From Pelagomonas calceolata (taxonomy: Eukaryota), in NCBI GenBank assembly GCA_918797485.1, contig CAKKNE010000004.1, positions 3,782,001-3,846,000 on the forward strand: 64,000 nt of DNA, given 5' to 3'. The notes beneath the pieces were generated by a model. That model saw nothing but the letters and a program-made list of their open reading frames with translations. It did no database searches and was not told the DNA's origin. Position 1 is the stretch's first letter. Each line of letters opens with the position of its first letter. The position numbers were made by a program, and so were the translations under genes. Positions 1 to 10,030 of this stretch are shown here, piece by piece.

Positions 1-423
1 GGTCGGATTCGGGCGAGGACGAGGACGAGGACGAGGGCGAGGCGCTCGTGATCGCCCTGTCTTTGCTTGCGTCCCATCCGGACGCCGCCGAGCGCGACGC
101 GAGCCGCGCGCTCCTACTCAAGGCTGCGACGAACCTGACGAACGACCCGTGGAATCCAGTGTGGAGACCCCCACCACCACGCCATCGAGCAGACGTCGCG
201 TCGATGGCGTGGAGGTCGACGCGCTGATCCGCACAGGTCCAACCCAAAATACCGGCGCCTCCGCAAGCAGAACGCCATCATCGCCGCCAAGGTCGTCAAA
301 GTCACTGGCGCCCCGGAGGTCCTCGCGTGCATGGGTTTCGAGGACGCGGGCGACGAGTGGGTCGTCCGCGACGACGACGTGTGGCAGCGCGCCGCTGCCA
401 CCGCGGCCGCGCTGAAGATGTAG
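1..423 (+). CDS. PUB-domain protein, 3' part (join <1..148,237..423)
   Basis: Removing intron 149-236 gives LLLKAATNLTNDPSNPKYRRLRKQN...VLACMGFE, the PUB pattern; stop TAG at 421-423; the 5' end lies outside the window. Confidence 0.75.
149..236 (+). mobile_element. Introner-derived GT-AG intron (88 nt, decayed)
   Basis: TSD-like GTGGAATC (149-156)/GTCCAACC (237-244); ends CAGTGTGGA...TCCGCACAG; internal CCACGCCATCGA/TCGATGGCGTGG hairpin; removal restores the frame. Confidence 0.8.
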
Positions 424-456
424 TCTGTTGTCCTAAGAAATGTTCATGCGCTGTTC

Positions 457-1465
457 TTAAGAACTGTTACCATGACAGGCGAGGCGCCGCCCCATGAACG
501 CCTCGCGCGCCAGCTCGTAGAAGGCCGCGTCGGCCACGTTTGCCGCGACGAACGCGGCCTCGCGCGCGCGGTCGACCTTCGCGGGCGCGCGGCGCCGCGG
601 GCCGTCGCGGCCGCGGTGGTGCCGCGACAGGCGCAGGAAATGCGACGGCAGCAGACGCTCGAGCTCGGCCGCCGTCGCCGTCGGCCGGTCGCTCAGGCCC
701 ACCAGCAGGAAGCGCTCCTTCGCCCGCCGCCAGGCGATCTGCGCCGCCTCGGCGCCGCGAACTCCGGCGCACGCATCGCCGCAGAACCACGCGACGTCCG
801 CGTCGTCGTCGACGTCGAGCACGTTGCGGAAGCACGACGAGGCTTCCGCGGCCAAACAGTCGTCGACCTGATGGAGCACGCGCCGCGGGCGCCCCGCGAC
901 CTGCTGCGCGTAGCGCTCGTGCGGGTCCCTCGCTATTGCAACGACGAGCGGCGTCCGCCCGAAGCTAAAGTCCGTCGCCGTCGTCGCCAGGACCACCGCG
1001 TACTTGTTCGACTTCAGGAGGCACTTTTGCGTCGCTCGCGCGTCGAGCCAGGCGCAGATCGAGAAGTCGTTCGCGACCGTGAGGGGCTGCATGGCTCGTA
1101 CGAGTCCCTTCGTCGCCGGCGCGGCGTCCGGCGGCGCCGCCAGCACGACGAGCCGGTGCGCGCCCGACTTCACGGGCGGGCAGGCGGACGCCGCACCCGG
1201 TGCGTAGGGCCTCGACGGCACCGCGACGGCCCGCGCCCGGTCGTAGAGTTCGGGCTCGAAGTCGTGCGCGTGGACCACAATACAACCATCCTCCGCGACG
1301 GTCTTGTCCTTCAGCACCGTCGCGCGGCAGTGGCGCACGTTGCGGCCTGTGTGGAAATCAAATTTTACGGCGCGTTCGTCCTGAATCCTCCACGCCATCG
1401 ACGCGACGCCTGCTCGATGGCGTGGTCGTTCTCGTTCCACACAGGTCGCGACAATTATAAGTCAT
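457..1465 (-). CDS. Sulfotransferase-like protein, probably 5'-truncated (join 1465..1453,1346..457)
   Basis: Splicing gives MTYNCRNVRH...; the motifs ARDPHER, LVGLSD...LERLLP and N..D..FY..A...F resemble Golgi-type sulfotransferases; the upstream frame is closed by a stop near 1534. Confidence 0.5.
1347..1452 (-). mobile_element. Introner GT-AG intron (106 nt)
   Basis: TIRs CTGTGTGGAA (1347)...TTCCACACAG (1444); TSD GTTGCGGC/GTCGCGAC (6/8); 12-bp internal hairpin; splicing on the minus strand is in frame. Confidence 0.8.
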
Positions 1466-1500
1466 GGGCAATTTCTCCGCGACGAGGCCGTGCGACGCGC

Positions 1501-1830
1501 GTTGTGGCTGCCTACAACTACGCGGTGTCCCTTAACCATCTAGAGCGATTCGAAGAAGCCAAGGCAGTGCTGCGCAACATGATGCCCGTGGCGCCACGCG
1601 TTCTCGGCGAAAATCATGAACTCATGCTCAGGACGAGGGCGCTTTACGCGGAGGCGCTCTACCTTGACGAGGGCGCCACGCTCGGCGATCTCCGCGAGGC
1701 CGCGACGGCGTTCGAGGACGTCGTACGGATTTCGCGGCGCGTGCTCGGTGGTTCGCATCCGGTCACGACGGAGGTTGAGAACGACCTGCAAAAGGCGCGA
1801 GACGCGCTCTACGCCCGCGGGCTGCCCTGA
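1501..1830 (+). pseudogene. C-terminal fragment of a TPR-like (kinesin-light-chain-type) repeat protein
   Basis: AAYNYAVSL..LERFEEAK...RVLGENH..LRTR..YAEALY...RRVLGGSHP.T; no credible 5' part, because the upstream frame is the antisense of the neighbouring gene. Confidence 0.55.
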
Positions 1831-1953
1831 GAACTCCTAACTACTCAGTATCTTTAAAGAAACACAACATCTTACACGTGAGGGGGATGGACGGCCGAGG
1901 GGAGTCACAACGTCCGCCACGAGATTCGCAGCCGGCTCGCAAGAAAAACTCCA

Positions 1954-2271
1954 CTACTTGCCCGCCGCCTTCTCCCGCGCCTCCCTTAATAGATCCTGCT
2001 TGCTCTTGAAGCCGATCTCGCGCGGCTTGGGCGTCGCCTGCATCTCGCGCTGCACCGTGGCCGAGACCGACTCGGCGGCCTTCGAGGCCTCCTTCGCGAG
2101 GTTCTCAGCCGCCGCCGTTACCTTCGAGACGTCGACCTTCTCCGTGAACTCCTTGAGCTTGTGGTCCGTCCGCAAGGCAAACCGCTGGAAGGCCTTGTTC
2201 TCGGCGAGGCCCTTGACGACGACCTCCTGGGCGAGCCAGTTCGCCACGCGCTGGACGAAGGGGTTCGACAT
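1954..2271 (-). CDS. Small conserved hypothetical protein (105 aa)
   Basis: MSNPFVQRVANWLAQEVVVKGLAENKAFQRFALRT...; typical GC3 bias; ATG at 2271. Confidence 0.7.
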   Translation of the reverse strand: MSNPFVQRVANWLAQEVVVKGLAENKAFQRFALRTDHKLKEFTEKVDVSKVTAAAENLAKEASKAAESVSATVQREMQATPKPREIGFKSKQDLLREAREKAAGK

Positions 2272-2362
2272 GTGTTTGCTGCGGCTTCCGCTGCTCGGTT
2301 GCGTGTTAGCTGTGGCGTCCGCGTGTTTGCTGCGGCTTCCGCTCGGTTGCGTGTTAGCTGCG
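2272..2362. repeat. Imperfect ~50-bp tandem duplication upstream of the small gene
   Basis: GTGTTTGCTGCGGCTTCCGCT(GCT)CGGTTGCGTGTTAGCTG occurs twice. Confidence 0.8.
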
Positions 2363-2524
2363 GTCCTCCTGGTTGCTGCAGGCGTCCGCTCGGTTGCGGT
2401 GGCTTGGCGTCCTCGCAGCGACAGAGCCCGCTGTGAACGACTGGAGGGGTCCACCGGTGGCTCTAGTCGACTGTCAAGGTCGGCACCCGCGGGCGACAAA
2501 GGTGCGTGAGCAAAAAATAGTCGG

Positions 2525-2547
2525 CTAGCGTTCGAGTAAGACACTAG
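2525..2547. promoter_or_regulatory. CTAG-N-CTAG upstream motif
   Basis: CTAGCGTTCGAGTAAGACACTAG, ~250 bp upstream of ATG 2271. Confidence 0.55.
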
Positions 2548-2624
2548 CGAAAAAGTAATATTGATAACGCCGCGTTACACTCGTCGAGGCGGCCGGGGTT
2601 CGGGGGAAAGGGGATAAACAGCTC

Positions 2625-5417
2625 CTAGAGCGCGGCCGGGATGAGCTTCTCGGCCTTGGCCGCCGCCGCGGCGACCTCCGACGCGCCGCGCGCGGGCACC
2701 TCGCACTTCCAGAACGAGATCGAGCGCCGGCCGACGACGGCCGCCTCGTTGTACCGCAGTTGCAGCGAGAGCCGCGAGGCGAGCACGTCCGAGATGTCGC
2801 GGAGCACGCCCGGCCGGTCGCCGACGTCGCAGGCCACGAGGAGGATCTGGTCGAGCGCGTCGTCGTCGGCGACGCAGACGATGGTCGGCGGCGCCGGCGC
2901 CTCGGGCTCGTCGGCGACGGGGTTCGCGCCGGACGACGCGCCGCCGTTCTGTTGTATTATCGACCGCAGCGCGCGCACCGTGTCGCGCTTGTGCGCCGGC
3001 GTCGCGGGCGGCGAGGGTGCCGGAGGCGGCTTCACGGCGGAGGGATCGCTCTTCGACTCCTCCTCGTCGGCGTCGGCCAGCGCGGCCAGGGCCTTGGCCT
3101 CCGCCGCCGTCGAGCCGCGGTGCTTCTTGCCCCGCTCGACGACCCTATGCTTGGCCGCCATGACCAGCACGGACTTCTTGTCCTCCTTCTCCAGGTTATC
3201 CGAAGACGCGTTCGACGCGCGGCGCATCCGTAACGTACCCTGTGAAGGTGTCTCCGTCATGTCGAGCGAGTCGGCCTCCAACCTACCGACGACGGCCTTG
3301 TGCGCCGCCGCGTGCCGGATGCAGAACTCGACGGCGTGGGCCACGTTGTCGTGAAACCACTCGTAGCCGCACTTCCTTTGTACTCCGGCTAATCTTAAAG
3401 TTTCCTCGACCCTAGAACCGATCGACGCGAGACACACCTCGACGCCTTTTCTTCTCATATCTGCGAACAAATCTTCCAACATGTGCAAGGCCGTCGAATC
3501 CACCGAAGTGACCGGAGTCATCTCGACGACCACGTACTTCGTATCCTCCACTTGCCGACATAACTCTATTATGGTGTCCTTGATGTACGCAACATTGGCA
3601 AAGTACATCGAAGCACCCACCCTCACGACGAGCACGCCCTTGACGAACTGGCCGGGGGACTCGCCCTGCTTCACGTTTCGGTAGATGGCCGTGCCGGGCA
3701 GCTTCCACAGCACACTGATCTGCGGTCTTACGGATTCGTAGAGTACGACGATCAGCGACATGCCGACGGCGATTATCAAACCATAGAGTACGCCAGCAAA
3801 CAAGGTACCCAAAAACGCGATGACCCACAGCATGAAATCCAGCTTCCTCACCTTCCAGAGGTGCTTCGCTTCTCCGATCGCAACTAAGTTCACCACTGAT
3901 GATATCACTATGGTCGCTAAGACGAACTTCGGCAGCTTGCGGATGAAGCTCGGCAGGATGACCAACGCGAGCATGACGAACAACCCCGTCACCAAACCAG
4001 CTAACGGCGTCTTCGCGCCCGTCGAATTGGCCACAGCTGAACGAGAAAAGGAGCCGGCCACGGGGTAGCCCGCCGCGAAGCTACCGATCAGGTTCGCCAG
4101 CCCAATGGCCCCGAGCTCCTTCCCCGCCGAAAGCTCCTCGCCGTGCTTCGCCGCGATGGATTTGCCGATCGCGATCGACTCCATGAAGCCAATTAATGCG
4201 GCAGATATGGCCGTCGGTAAGACGGTAGAGGCCTTCGACGGGACGTCCCTCAAAACGCGAGGTAGGGTGAAAGGGGGTAATCCAGAAGGCACTAATCCAA
4301 TGGTCTGCACGCCGTAGTCGTCTCGCAGCGTATCACCTAATCCTGGGATGATCATCATCACCAAAGATAAAGTACAGATGATCAAAGGACCGAGGGGCTT
4401 CATCCAGCCGAAGGTCTTCGGTTTTTTTGTCGCGAGTTCTTTGACACCCTTGAGCATGTAATACGTGATGACACCCAACAGAAACGGCATCCAGTGGGCT
4501 TTTCCTCTAAGAACTTTCGTGCAGATGGCCTTGATGGTCTCGTGGCAGTACTGGGACTTCGGTATGCTGATCCCGAGCCAGAACTTGAACTGCGAGAGGC
4601 CGATCGTGATGGCTGCACCAGACGTAAAACCGGAAATGACCGGGTGGCCCAGGAAGTTGATGAGGAAGCCTAGGCGGCAGATCGCGGCGCCGAACTGGAT
4701 GATTCCGACAAAGAACATGGCCACAAAAACTAAATTGGCGTACGCGTCCGGGCACGTCCCCGCCAGAGAATCGTCGGACGCCCCCAACATGCGTCTTGCT
4801 GGATCGTCGTCTTCGTAGTATTCCGGGCACTCGCCCTTGGTCAAAGCGTCTGACAACCCAGCTTCTACTAACAATGACACGAGCGCGACGGGACCCACGG
4901 CTAATTGCCCAGAGGTCCCAAAGAACGCGTAGACCACGGTCGGGACGAAGGACGCGTACAAGCCATACACCAAATCTAGGCCGGCAATAGACGCGTAGGA
5001 CATGGACTGGGGGATGACCATGACGCCGACCGTCAGGCCCGCAATTAAATCGGCCTTGAACCCTTCCTTGGAAGTTCTCGGTAGCCAGCCCAGGATAGGC
5101 AGGGCGTGCCTCGCCGCCTTTTCGCACTTCTGGGGGCACGTTGTTTCTTCTTCATCGTCTTTGGACGAGCAGGGCCCCTGGAGAAACGTCGTCGCCTGGC
5201 CGCACGCGGCGTGTAAACCAGATACGGTCTCCTGGTCGGGGTCCTTCCGCAACCCTAAACCCACGGCCTGGCCCAGGGACTCCTCCACGGTCTTGGTCGG
5301 TAGCTCGACGACGTACAATGATTCTTCGTCGCCCGTGTTCGAGGGCGACGGCCGCGGCGCCTCGCTGCCGTCGTCGGCGCCGTGGTTGGCCAGGGCCGTG
5401 TCGGCGACGTACTGCAT
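2625..5417 (-). CDS. SulP/SLC26 sulfate (anion) transporter with STAS and C-terminal ACT-like domain
   Basis: DLIAGLTVGVMVIPQSMSYA, GLYASFVP, GSFSRSAV; STAS motifs YFAN and VDSTAL; C-terminal DRPGVLRDISDVLA. Confidence 0.92.
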   Translation of the reverse strand: MQYVADTALANHGADDGSEAPRPSPSNTGDEESLYVVELPTKTVEESLGQAVGLGLRKDPDQETVSGLHAACGQATTFLQGPCSSKDDEEETTCPQKCEKAARHALPILGWLPRTSKEGFKADLIAGLTVGVMVIPQSMSYASIAGLDLVYGLYASFVPTVVYAFFGTSGQLAVGPVALVSLLVEAGLSDALTKGECPEYYEDDDPARRMLGASDDSLAGTCPDAYANLVFVAMFFVGIIQFGAAICRLGFLINFLGHPVISGFTSGAAITIGLSQFKFWLGISIPKSQYCHETIKAICTKVLRGKAHWMPFLLGVITYYMLKGVKELATKKPKTFGWMKPLGPLIICTLSLVMMIIPGLGDTLRDDYGVQTIGLVPSGLPPFTLPRVLRDVPSKASTVLPTAISAALIGFMESIAIGKSIAAKHGEELSAGKELGAIGLANLIGSFAAGYPVAGSFSRSAVANSTGAKTPLAGLVTGLFVMLALVILPSFIRKLPKFVLATIVISSVVNLVAIGEAKHLWKVRKLDFMLWVIAFLGTLFAGVLYGLIIAVGMSLIVVLYESVRPQISVLWKLPGTAIYRNVKQGESPGQFVKGVLVVRVGASMYFANVAYIKDTIIELCRQVEDTKYVVVEMTPVTSVDSTALHMLEDLFADMRRKGVEVCLASIGSRVEETLRLAGVQRKCGYEWFHDNVAHAVEFCIRHAAAHKAVVGRLEADSLDMTETPSQGTLRMRRASNASSDNLEKEDKKSVLVMAAKHRVVERGKKHRGSTAAEAKALAALADADEEESKSDPSAVKPPPAPSPPATPAHKRDTVRALRSIIQQNGGASSGANPVADEPEAPAPPTIVCVADDDALDQILLVACDVGDRPGVLRDISDVLASRLSLQLRYNEAAVVGRRSISFWKCEVPARGASEVAAAAAKAEKLIPAAL

Positions 5418-5972
5418 GGTCTCCTGACGGGTCGGCTTGCTTGCTGCGGTCGGTTTTCAAATGAGTGTCGCTGGAGAGTGTCTCTTGCTGTGCTGCGTAC
5501 GTCCTTAGCGGTCGTCGGCGCAGCTCGGCGCTTCGCTCGTTAATGAATGCCGACACTCCGAAAAGCTACCGATTGCTCCAAAGTTGTATTGGCTTATTTG
5601 TGCGGCACCGGAGGTGTGTTTGCACGCTGCACGATGATGAGATGAAAGAGACTGCTTTTGTCCGACGTAAAGTTTAAGCTTCTATACAGATTCACACGCC
5701 TACGGACTCCTCCCGACTTCCTCCAACCGCGGACCGACGCCGAGCAAAGTCCAATTTTGAGGCCAGCCGCGTCTGATTGGTGGGAATGCTCTTCAGTTCA
5801 GCCGTCCCAAGCGAGGTTCGAACGAAAGAAAAGTGAGCAATAACTACCCGCACGGACGCCTGCAGCCGCCTCTAGGCCCAGGCCGCAGTTCCGTGCGAGC
5901 GCGGCCGGGCGCCGAGACTCAGCAACTCGTAGAACTGGGCGCGTCATGCCGCAATCACAATACAAGCTCTCC

Positions 5973-7487
5973 TTAGTACGCGTACTGCCCCCCGGCCACG
6001 GCGAACTGCTTGTTCCCCGTCCTCCGCCGCTCGACACGGTTCGCGATAGACGCGGCGACGAGCCGCGCCCCGCGTCGCTCCGCGCTCGCCCGGGCGCCGT
6101 CGCCGCGCTGGTCCGCCAACGCCGCGGCGCGGAGGCCCTCGCGGACCAGCGGGTCGCGCATGGCTTCGCGGCGGGCGACGGCGCGCGCGGAGGGACCGGC
6201 GCGGCGGCGCGGCGGCGGCGGCGGCGGCGCGTCGAGCGGCGGGCGCAGGCGGACGTTCGGCGCCCGCGGCTGCCGCGAGGCGCCGCCGCGGCTCAGGTCC
6301 GCCTCGGCCGGCGGCCGTTCCGCGCGCGCGCGCCCGCCGGCCCGCGAGACCTTGGACGCCTTGGCCTTGTGGCCGCGGCGGTGCGGGCACTCGTTGCGCA
6401 GGTGGTCCCGGAGCTTGTCGGCGACCGTGCGCGAGGCCGAGGGCGCCTGGTGCACGACCTTGCCGCAGAGCGGGCACGCGCGCTTGCTGTGCGCCGCGTA
6501 GGTCGCGGCGGCCTGCCGGTTGTACGCCGCGAGCGCCGCGCCGCCCGCGGGCACGACGACGGCCGGCGGGAGCGGCCGCGCCTCGGTCGCCGGCCAGCGC
6601 GCGGCGCACTTCTCGTGATGGAAGCGGATCGACTTCGTGCCGGCCTGGAGGCCGCACATGTAGCACGTCACGCGCCGCGGGCCCCGGGGCACCGCCGGCG
6701 CCGGCGCCGCGGCGGTGACGTAGACGTACTGGTAGCCGGCCGCGTCCGTGTTCTCGTCGGCGGCCGCGGGCGCCGCCGGTCGCTCGGGCGCCTCGGACGG
6801 CGGCGCGGGCGGCGACGGGTCGCGGCGGAGCCGGTGCAGGCGCCGGTCCCGCTCGTCCTGGAACTCGACCCAGGTCCAGCTGTGCCGCCCCCGCGTCACT
6901 TTGCGTCCCACGCAGCGCTCCTTGTCCGCCGTCGCCGGCGACCGCTCGCGCCGGAAGCGGGATGCGGGCGACTGCTCGCGGTGCAGCCGGTCGAGGATGG
7001 ACTCGCCCTCGGCGGCCGTGGGCGACTGCTCCCGGTGCAACCGGTCGAGGATCGACTCTTCCTCCCCGTCCGGCGGTGGCGGTGGCGCTGCAGCTGCTGC
7101 CACCGGAGACTGCTCGCGGCGCAATCGGTCGAGGATGGACTCGCCCTCCACGGCCGCCGCTGCTGTGGGCGACTGCTCGCGGTGCAGCCGGTCGAGGATG
7201 GACTCCTCTCCGTCTGGCGGCGGCGGCGGCGGCGGCGCGGCAGGCGTCGACGAGGAGCGCCGCCGGCCGAGCATCGGCTGCTCCGGCGTCAGCGACACGC
7301 GGTCCTCGCGGCGCAGGCGGTCGAGGATGTCGGTCGGTTCTTCGTCCTCTGTAGGCTGCCCTGCCTCCTCCTCTTGTGCCATGGTGGGGTCCCCAGTGCT
7401 GCCCACCGCAGCGGTGCCGGCCGGCCCAGGCTGCGCCTCGTCGTCGGCGTCTGGCGCCGGCGTCGCGGCGTCGTCGGAGGCGCTCAT
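5973..7487 (-). CDS. Hypothetical protein with C2HC-type zinc fingers and ESILDRLxREQSP repeats
   Basis: CYMCG...HHEKC and CPLCGK...HLRNEC; likely ATG 7487 (MSASDD). Confidence 0.65.
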   Translation of the reverse strand: MSASDDAATPAPDADDEAQPGPAGTAAVGSTGDPTMAQEEEAGQPTEDEEPTDILDRLRREDRVSLTPEQPMLGRRRSSSTPAAPPPPPPPDGEESILDRLHREQSPTAAAAVEGESILDRLRREQSPVAAAAAPPPPPDGEEESILDRLHREQSPTAAEGESILDRLHREQSPASRFRRERSPATADKERCVGRKVTRGRHSWTWVEFQDERDRRLHRLRRDPSPPAPPSEAPERPAAPAAADENTDAAGYQYVYVTAAAPAPAVPRGPRRVTCYMCGLQAGTKSIRFHHEKCAARWPATEARPLPPAVVVPAGGAALAAYNRQAAATYAAHSKRACPLCGKVVHQAPSASRTVADKLRDHLRNECPHRRGHKAKASKVSRAGGRARAERPPAEADLSRGGASRQPRAPNVRLRPPLDAPPPPPPRRRAGPSARAVARREAMRDPLVREGLRAAALADQRGDGARASAERRGARLVAASIANRVERRRTGNKQFAVAGGQYAY

Positions 7488-7620
7488 GTTTGTATGCGCA
7501 TCGGGCAACGGAGACTGGCACCTGAAACTGGTGCCGACAGGTGAGACGAAGCGCGTTGCTTGTATGATCGATCGGTTGAGCCATCTGGAGTCCTTCCTGC
7601 CGGCTGATTCGTACACACAT

Positions 7621-7640
7621 CTAGCGTACAACGGCACTAG
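7621..7640. promoter_or_regulatory. CTAG-N-CTAG upstream motif
   Basis: CTAGCGTACAACGGCACTAG between divergent starts 7487(-) and 7925(+). Confidence 0.5.
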
Positions 7641-7924
7641 CCAAGATAAGGCTATCTTTCAGCTCTCAAGCACAGTTTTTGCCGGCGTCCGGTAGACTCG
7701 CAATCGCATCAGAGCTCAAAAAAAACATGCTCAAAAGGTCCCAGCCACCTACCGGAGGGCCTGTGCGAGCCGACAGCGCTGCGCGCGCGCGTCCGGTCGA
7801 GCAGCTTGCTGCCAAAGAGGATCGGATCGGAAAACACACATCTACGCGCGCGCGGAGGCCTCGCATTCTCCACTCGAGCAGTCATCTAACGCACGCACCC
7901 CCCGCAGACACCAAACAATCTAAA

Positions 7925-8560
7925 ATGGCCAAGCTCGCTCTCGCCCTCCTCGCCGCCCCGGCCGTCGCCTTCGTGGCCCCCGGCCAGCAGGCCGCCTCCA
8001 AGGTCGTCGTCAAGGGCGACATCGGCGTCGACCCCGGGCCGATCACCCCCTCGGGCTTCATGTTCGAGGACACGGAGGGCCTCGCCCGCCGCCGCGCCGT
8101 CGAGATCAAGCACGGCCGCATCTCCATGATGGCGTTCCTCGGCATGATGGTCCAGGAGCTCGGCATCACCTTCCCCGGCTCCATGACCCTTGACGGCTCG
8201 GTCCAGTTCTCGGACATCCTCAAGGACGGCATGGGCTTCGCGGCGCTCTCCAACGTGCCCACGTTCGGCCTCGCCCAGATCCTCCTCTTCGGCGGCATTG
8301 CCGAGACCGTCGCCATGCCGGCGTCGCAGTACACGGGCGGCCCGCAGAACCTCCCGGGCGGCTACGACGGCTCGGCGGGCACCATCCCCGGCGGCTACCC
8401 GTTCACGGAGCAGATCACGGACCCCGCCGCGCGCACGCGCGCGCTCACGTGCGAGCTCCAGAACGGCCGCGCGGCCATGCTCGGCACGTTCGGCGCCATG
8501 TGCCACTCGTGCGTCGACTCGTGCGACCACCACTTCTTCTACCCGATCACGCACAACTAA
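7925..8560 (+). CDS. Light-harvesting fucoxanthin-chlorophyll a/c binding protein, copy 1
   Basis: Bipartite presequence (AVAFVAP); helix motifs RRAVEIKHGRISMMA and ELQNGRAAMLG. Confidence 0.95.
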   Translation: MAKLALALLAAPAVAFVAPGQQAASKVVVKGDIGVDPGPITPSGFMFEDTEGLARRRAVEIKHGRISMMAFLGMMVQELGITFPGSMTLDGSVQFSDILKDGMGFAALSNVPTFGLAQILLFGGIAETVAMPASQYTGGPQNLPGGYDGSAGTIPGGYPFTEQITDPAARTRALTCELQNGRAAMLGTFGAMCHSCVDSCDHHFFYPITHN

Positions 8561-9112
8561 GCTGCGTCGTCGCCGAGGACTCCGAGCTCGGCGCAAGTGT
8601 CGCGCTTATGGACGCTCGTCCCTCGCTTGCCGGTAACAACAATCTGTGACATCGAACCAGTTCTACGAGCCAGTATCTTCAGGAGCCCAGCGGGCGGCGC
8701 ATGATTCGGACCTTTTGCTGAACCAGCGTGCGCCACGTGTCCGCCCACGAGCTCCGACCCGCGGCGCGCTTCGGACGACGCCTGCGGCCGCCCGCGCGGC
8801 CCGCCTACCGGGTCCGGACTCTCGCATAGATGCGAGCTGTGATCCTCATCTCAACCAAACAAAAACTCGTAAGTAGATTCCGCCTGCCCAAACCCCGCTC
8901 CTTGCCTGCGCGGCCGCGCGAGAGTACCCTGGCCCGTCCCTCTCCGCGCTGCAGCAAGGGGGCAGCGCGCGCGCGCGCACAAGCGGCGCATGGGGCCCGA
9001 AATCCGGGGCAGCCACTTTTGCAATGGCACGGCGCCTCGCGGCCGCGCGTCGGCGGCGCGTACCTCACGCGCGTAGCTCACCCGCCGCGCCCCCCGCAGA
9101 CAACAAATCAAA

Positions 9113-9748
9113 ATGGCCAAGCTCGCTCTCGCCCTCCTCGCCGCCCCGGCCGTCGCCTTCGTGGCCCCCGGCCAGCAGGCCGCCTCCAAGGTCGTCGTCA
9201 AGGGCGACATCGGCGTCGACCCCGGGCCGATCACCCCCTCGGGCTTCATGTTCGAGGACACGGAGGGCCTCGCCCGCCGCCGCGCCGTCGAGATCAAGCA
9301 CGGCCGCATCTCCATGATGGCGTTCCTCGGCATGATGGTCCAGGAGCTCGGCATCACCTTCCCCGGCTCCATGACCCTTGACGGCTCGGTCCAGTTCTCG
9401 GACATCCTCAAGGACGGCATGGGCTTCGCGGCGCTCTCCAACGTGCCCACGTTCGGCCTCGCCCAGATCCTCCTCTTCGGCGGCATCGCCGAGACCGTCG
9501 CCATGCCGGCGTCGCAGTACACGGGCGGCCCGCAGAACCTCCCGGGCGGCTACGACGGCTCGGCGGGCACCATCCCCGGCGGCTACCCGTTCACGGAGCA
9601 GATCACGGACCCCGCCGCGCGCACGCGCGCGCTCACGTGCGAGCTCCAGAACGGCCGCGCGGCCATGCTCGGCACGTTCGGCGCCATGTGCCACTCGTGC
9701 GTCGACTCGTGCGACCACCACTTCTTCTACCCGATCACGCACAACTAA
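9113..9748 (+). CDS. Light-harvesting fucoxanthin-chlorophyll a/c binding protein, copy 2
   Basis: Protein identical to copy 1; one synonymous nucleotide difference seen (8299 T vs 9487 C). Confidence 0.95.
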   Translation: MAKLALALLAAPAVAFVAPGQQAASKVVVKGDIGVDPGPITPSGFMFEDTEGLARRRAVEIKHGRISMMAFLGMMVQELGITFPGSMTLDGSVQFSDILKDGMGFAALSNVPTFGLAQILLFGGIAETVAMPASQYTGGPQNLPGGYDGSAGTIPGGYPFTEQITDPAARTRALTCELQNGRAAMLGTFGAMCHSCVDSCDHHFFYPITHN

Positions 9749-9866
9749 GCGCGTCGTCGTCGGCCCGAAGACCAAAGGACTCCAGAGCTCGGCGCGGCGG
9801 CGCTTATGGACGCTCGTTCGTATAAACCTACCTGAATCTTATTTCTTGGCCCTTCCGTTTGGTTGG

Positions 9867-9886
9867 CTAGTATGTCAGCACGCTAG
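9867..9886. promoter_or_regulatory. CTAG-N-CTAG upstream motif (reverse orientation)
   Basis: CTAGTATGTCAGCACGCTAG upstream of ATG 10031. Confidence 0.5.
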
Positions 9887-10030
9887 CTGGTCCTTGTTTT
9901 TTGTCTCAAAAGCGCTGGCTGCAATCGCTCGCATTTGTGATTGCTATAACTGAAGGATAAGCTGAAAGACCCCACCACTCCACGCTGTCAAGAGCAAGCT
10001 CCTTGCAGGGGCAGACAAGCCCATATTACT

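Noticed and set aside
472..1830. 452-aa plus-strand ORF as a single gene
   Set aside because: The first ~340 codons are the antisense of the minus-strand gene plus an introner; only 1501-1830 looks protein-like.
3360..5300. Lower-GC3 core of the SulP gene as horizontal transfer
   Set aside because: Similar patches occur in several clearly native genes (kinase, PCCA, amino acid transporter).
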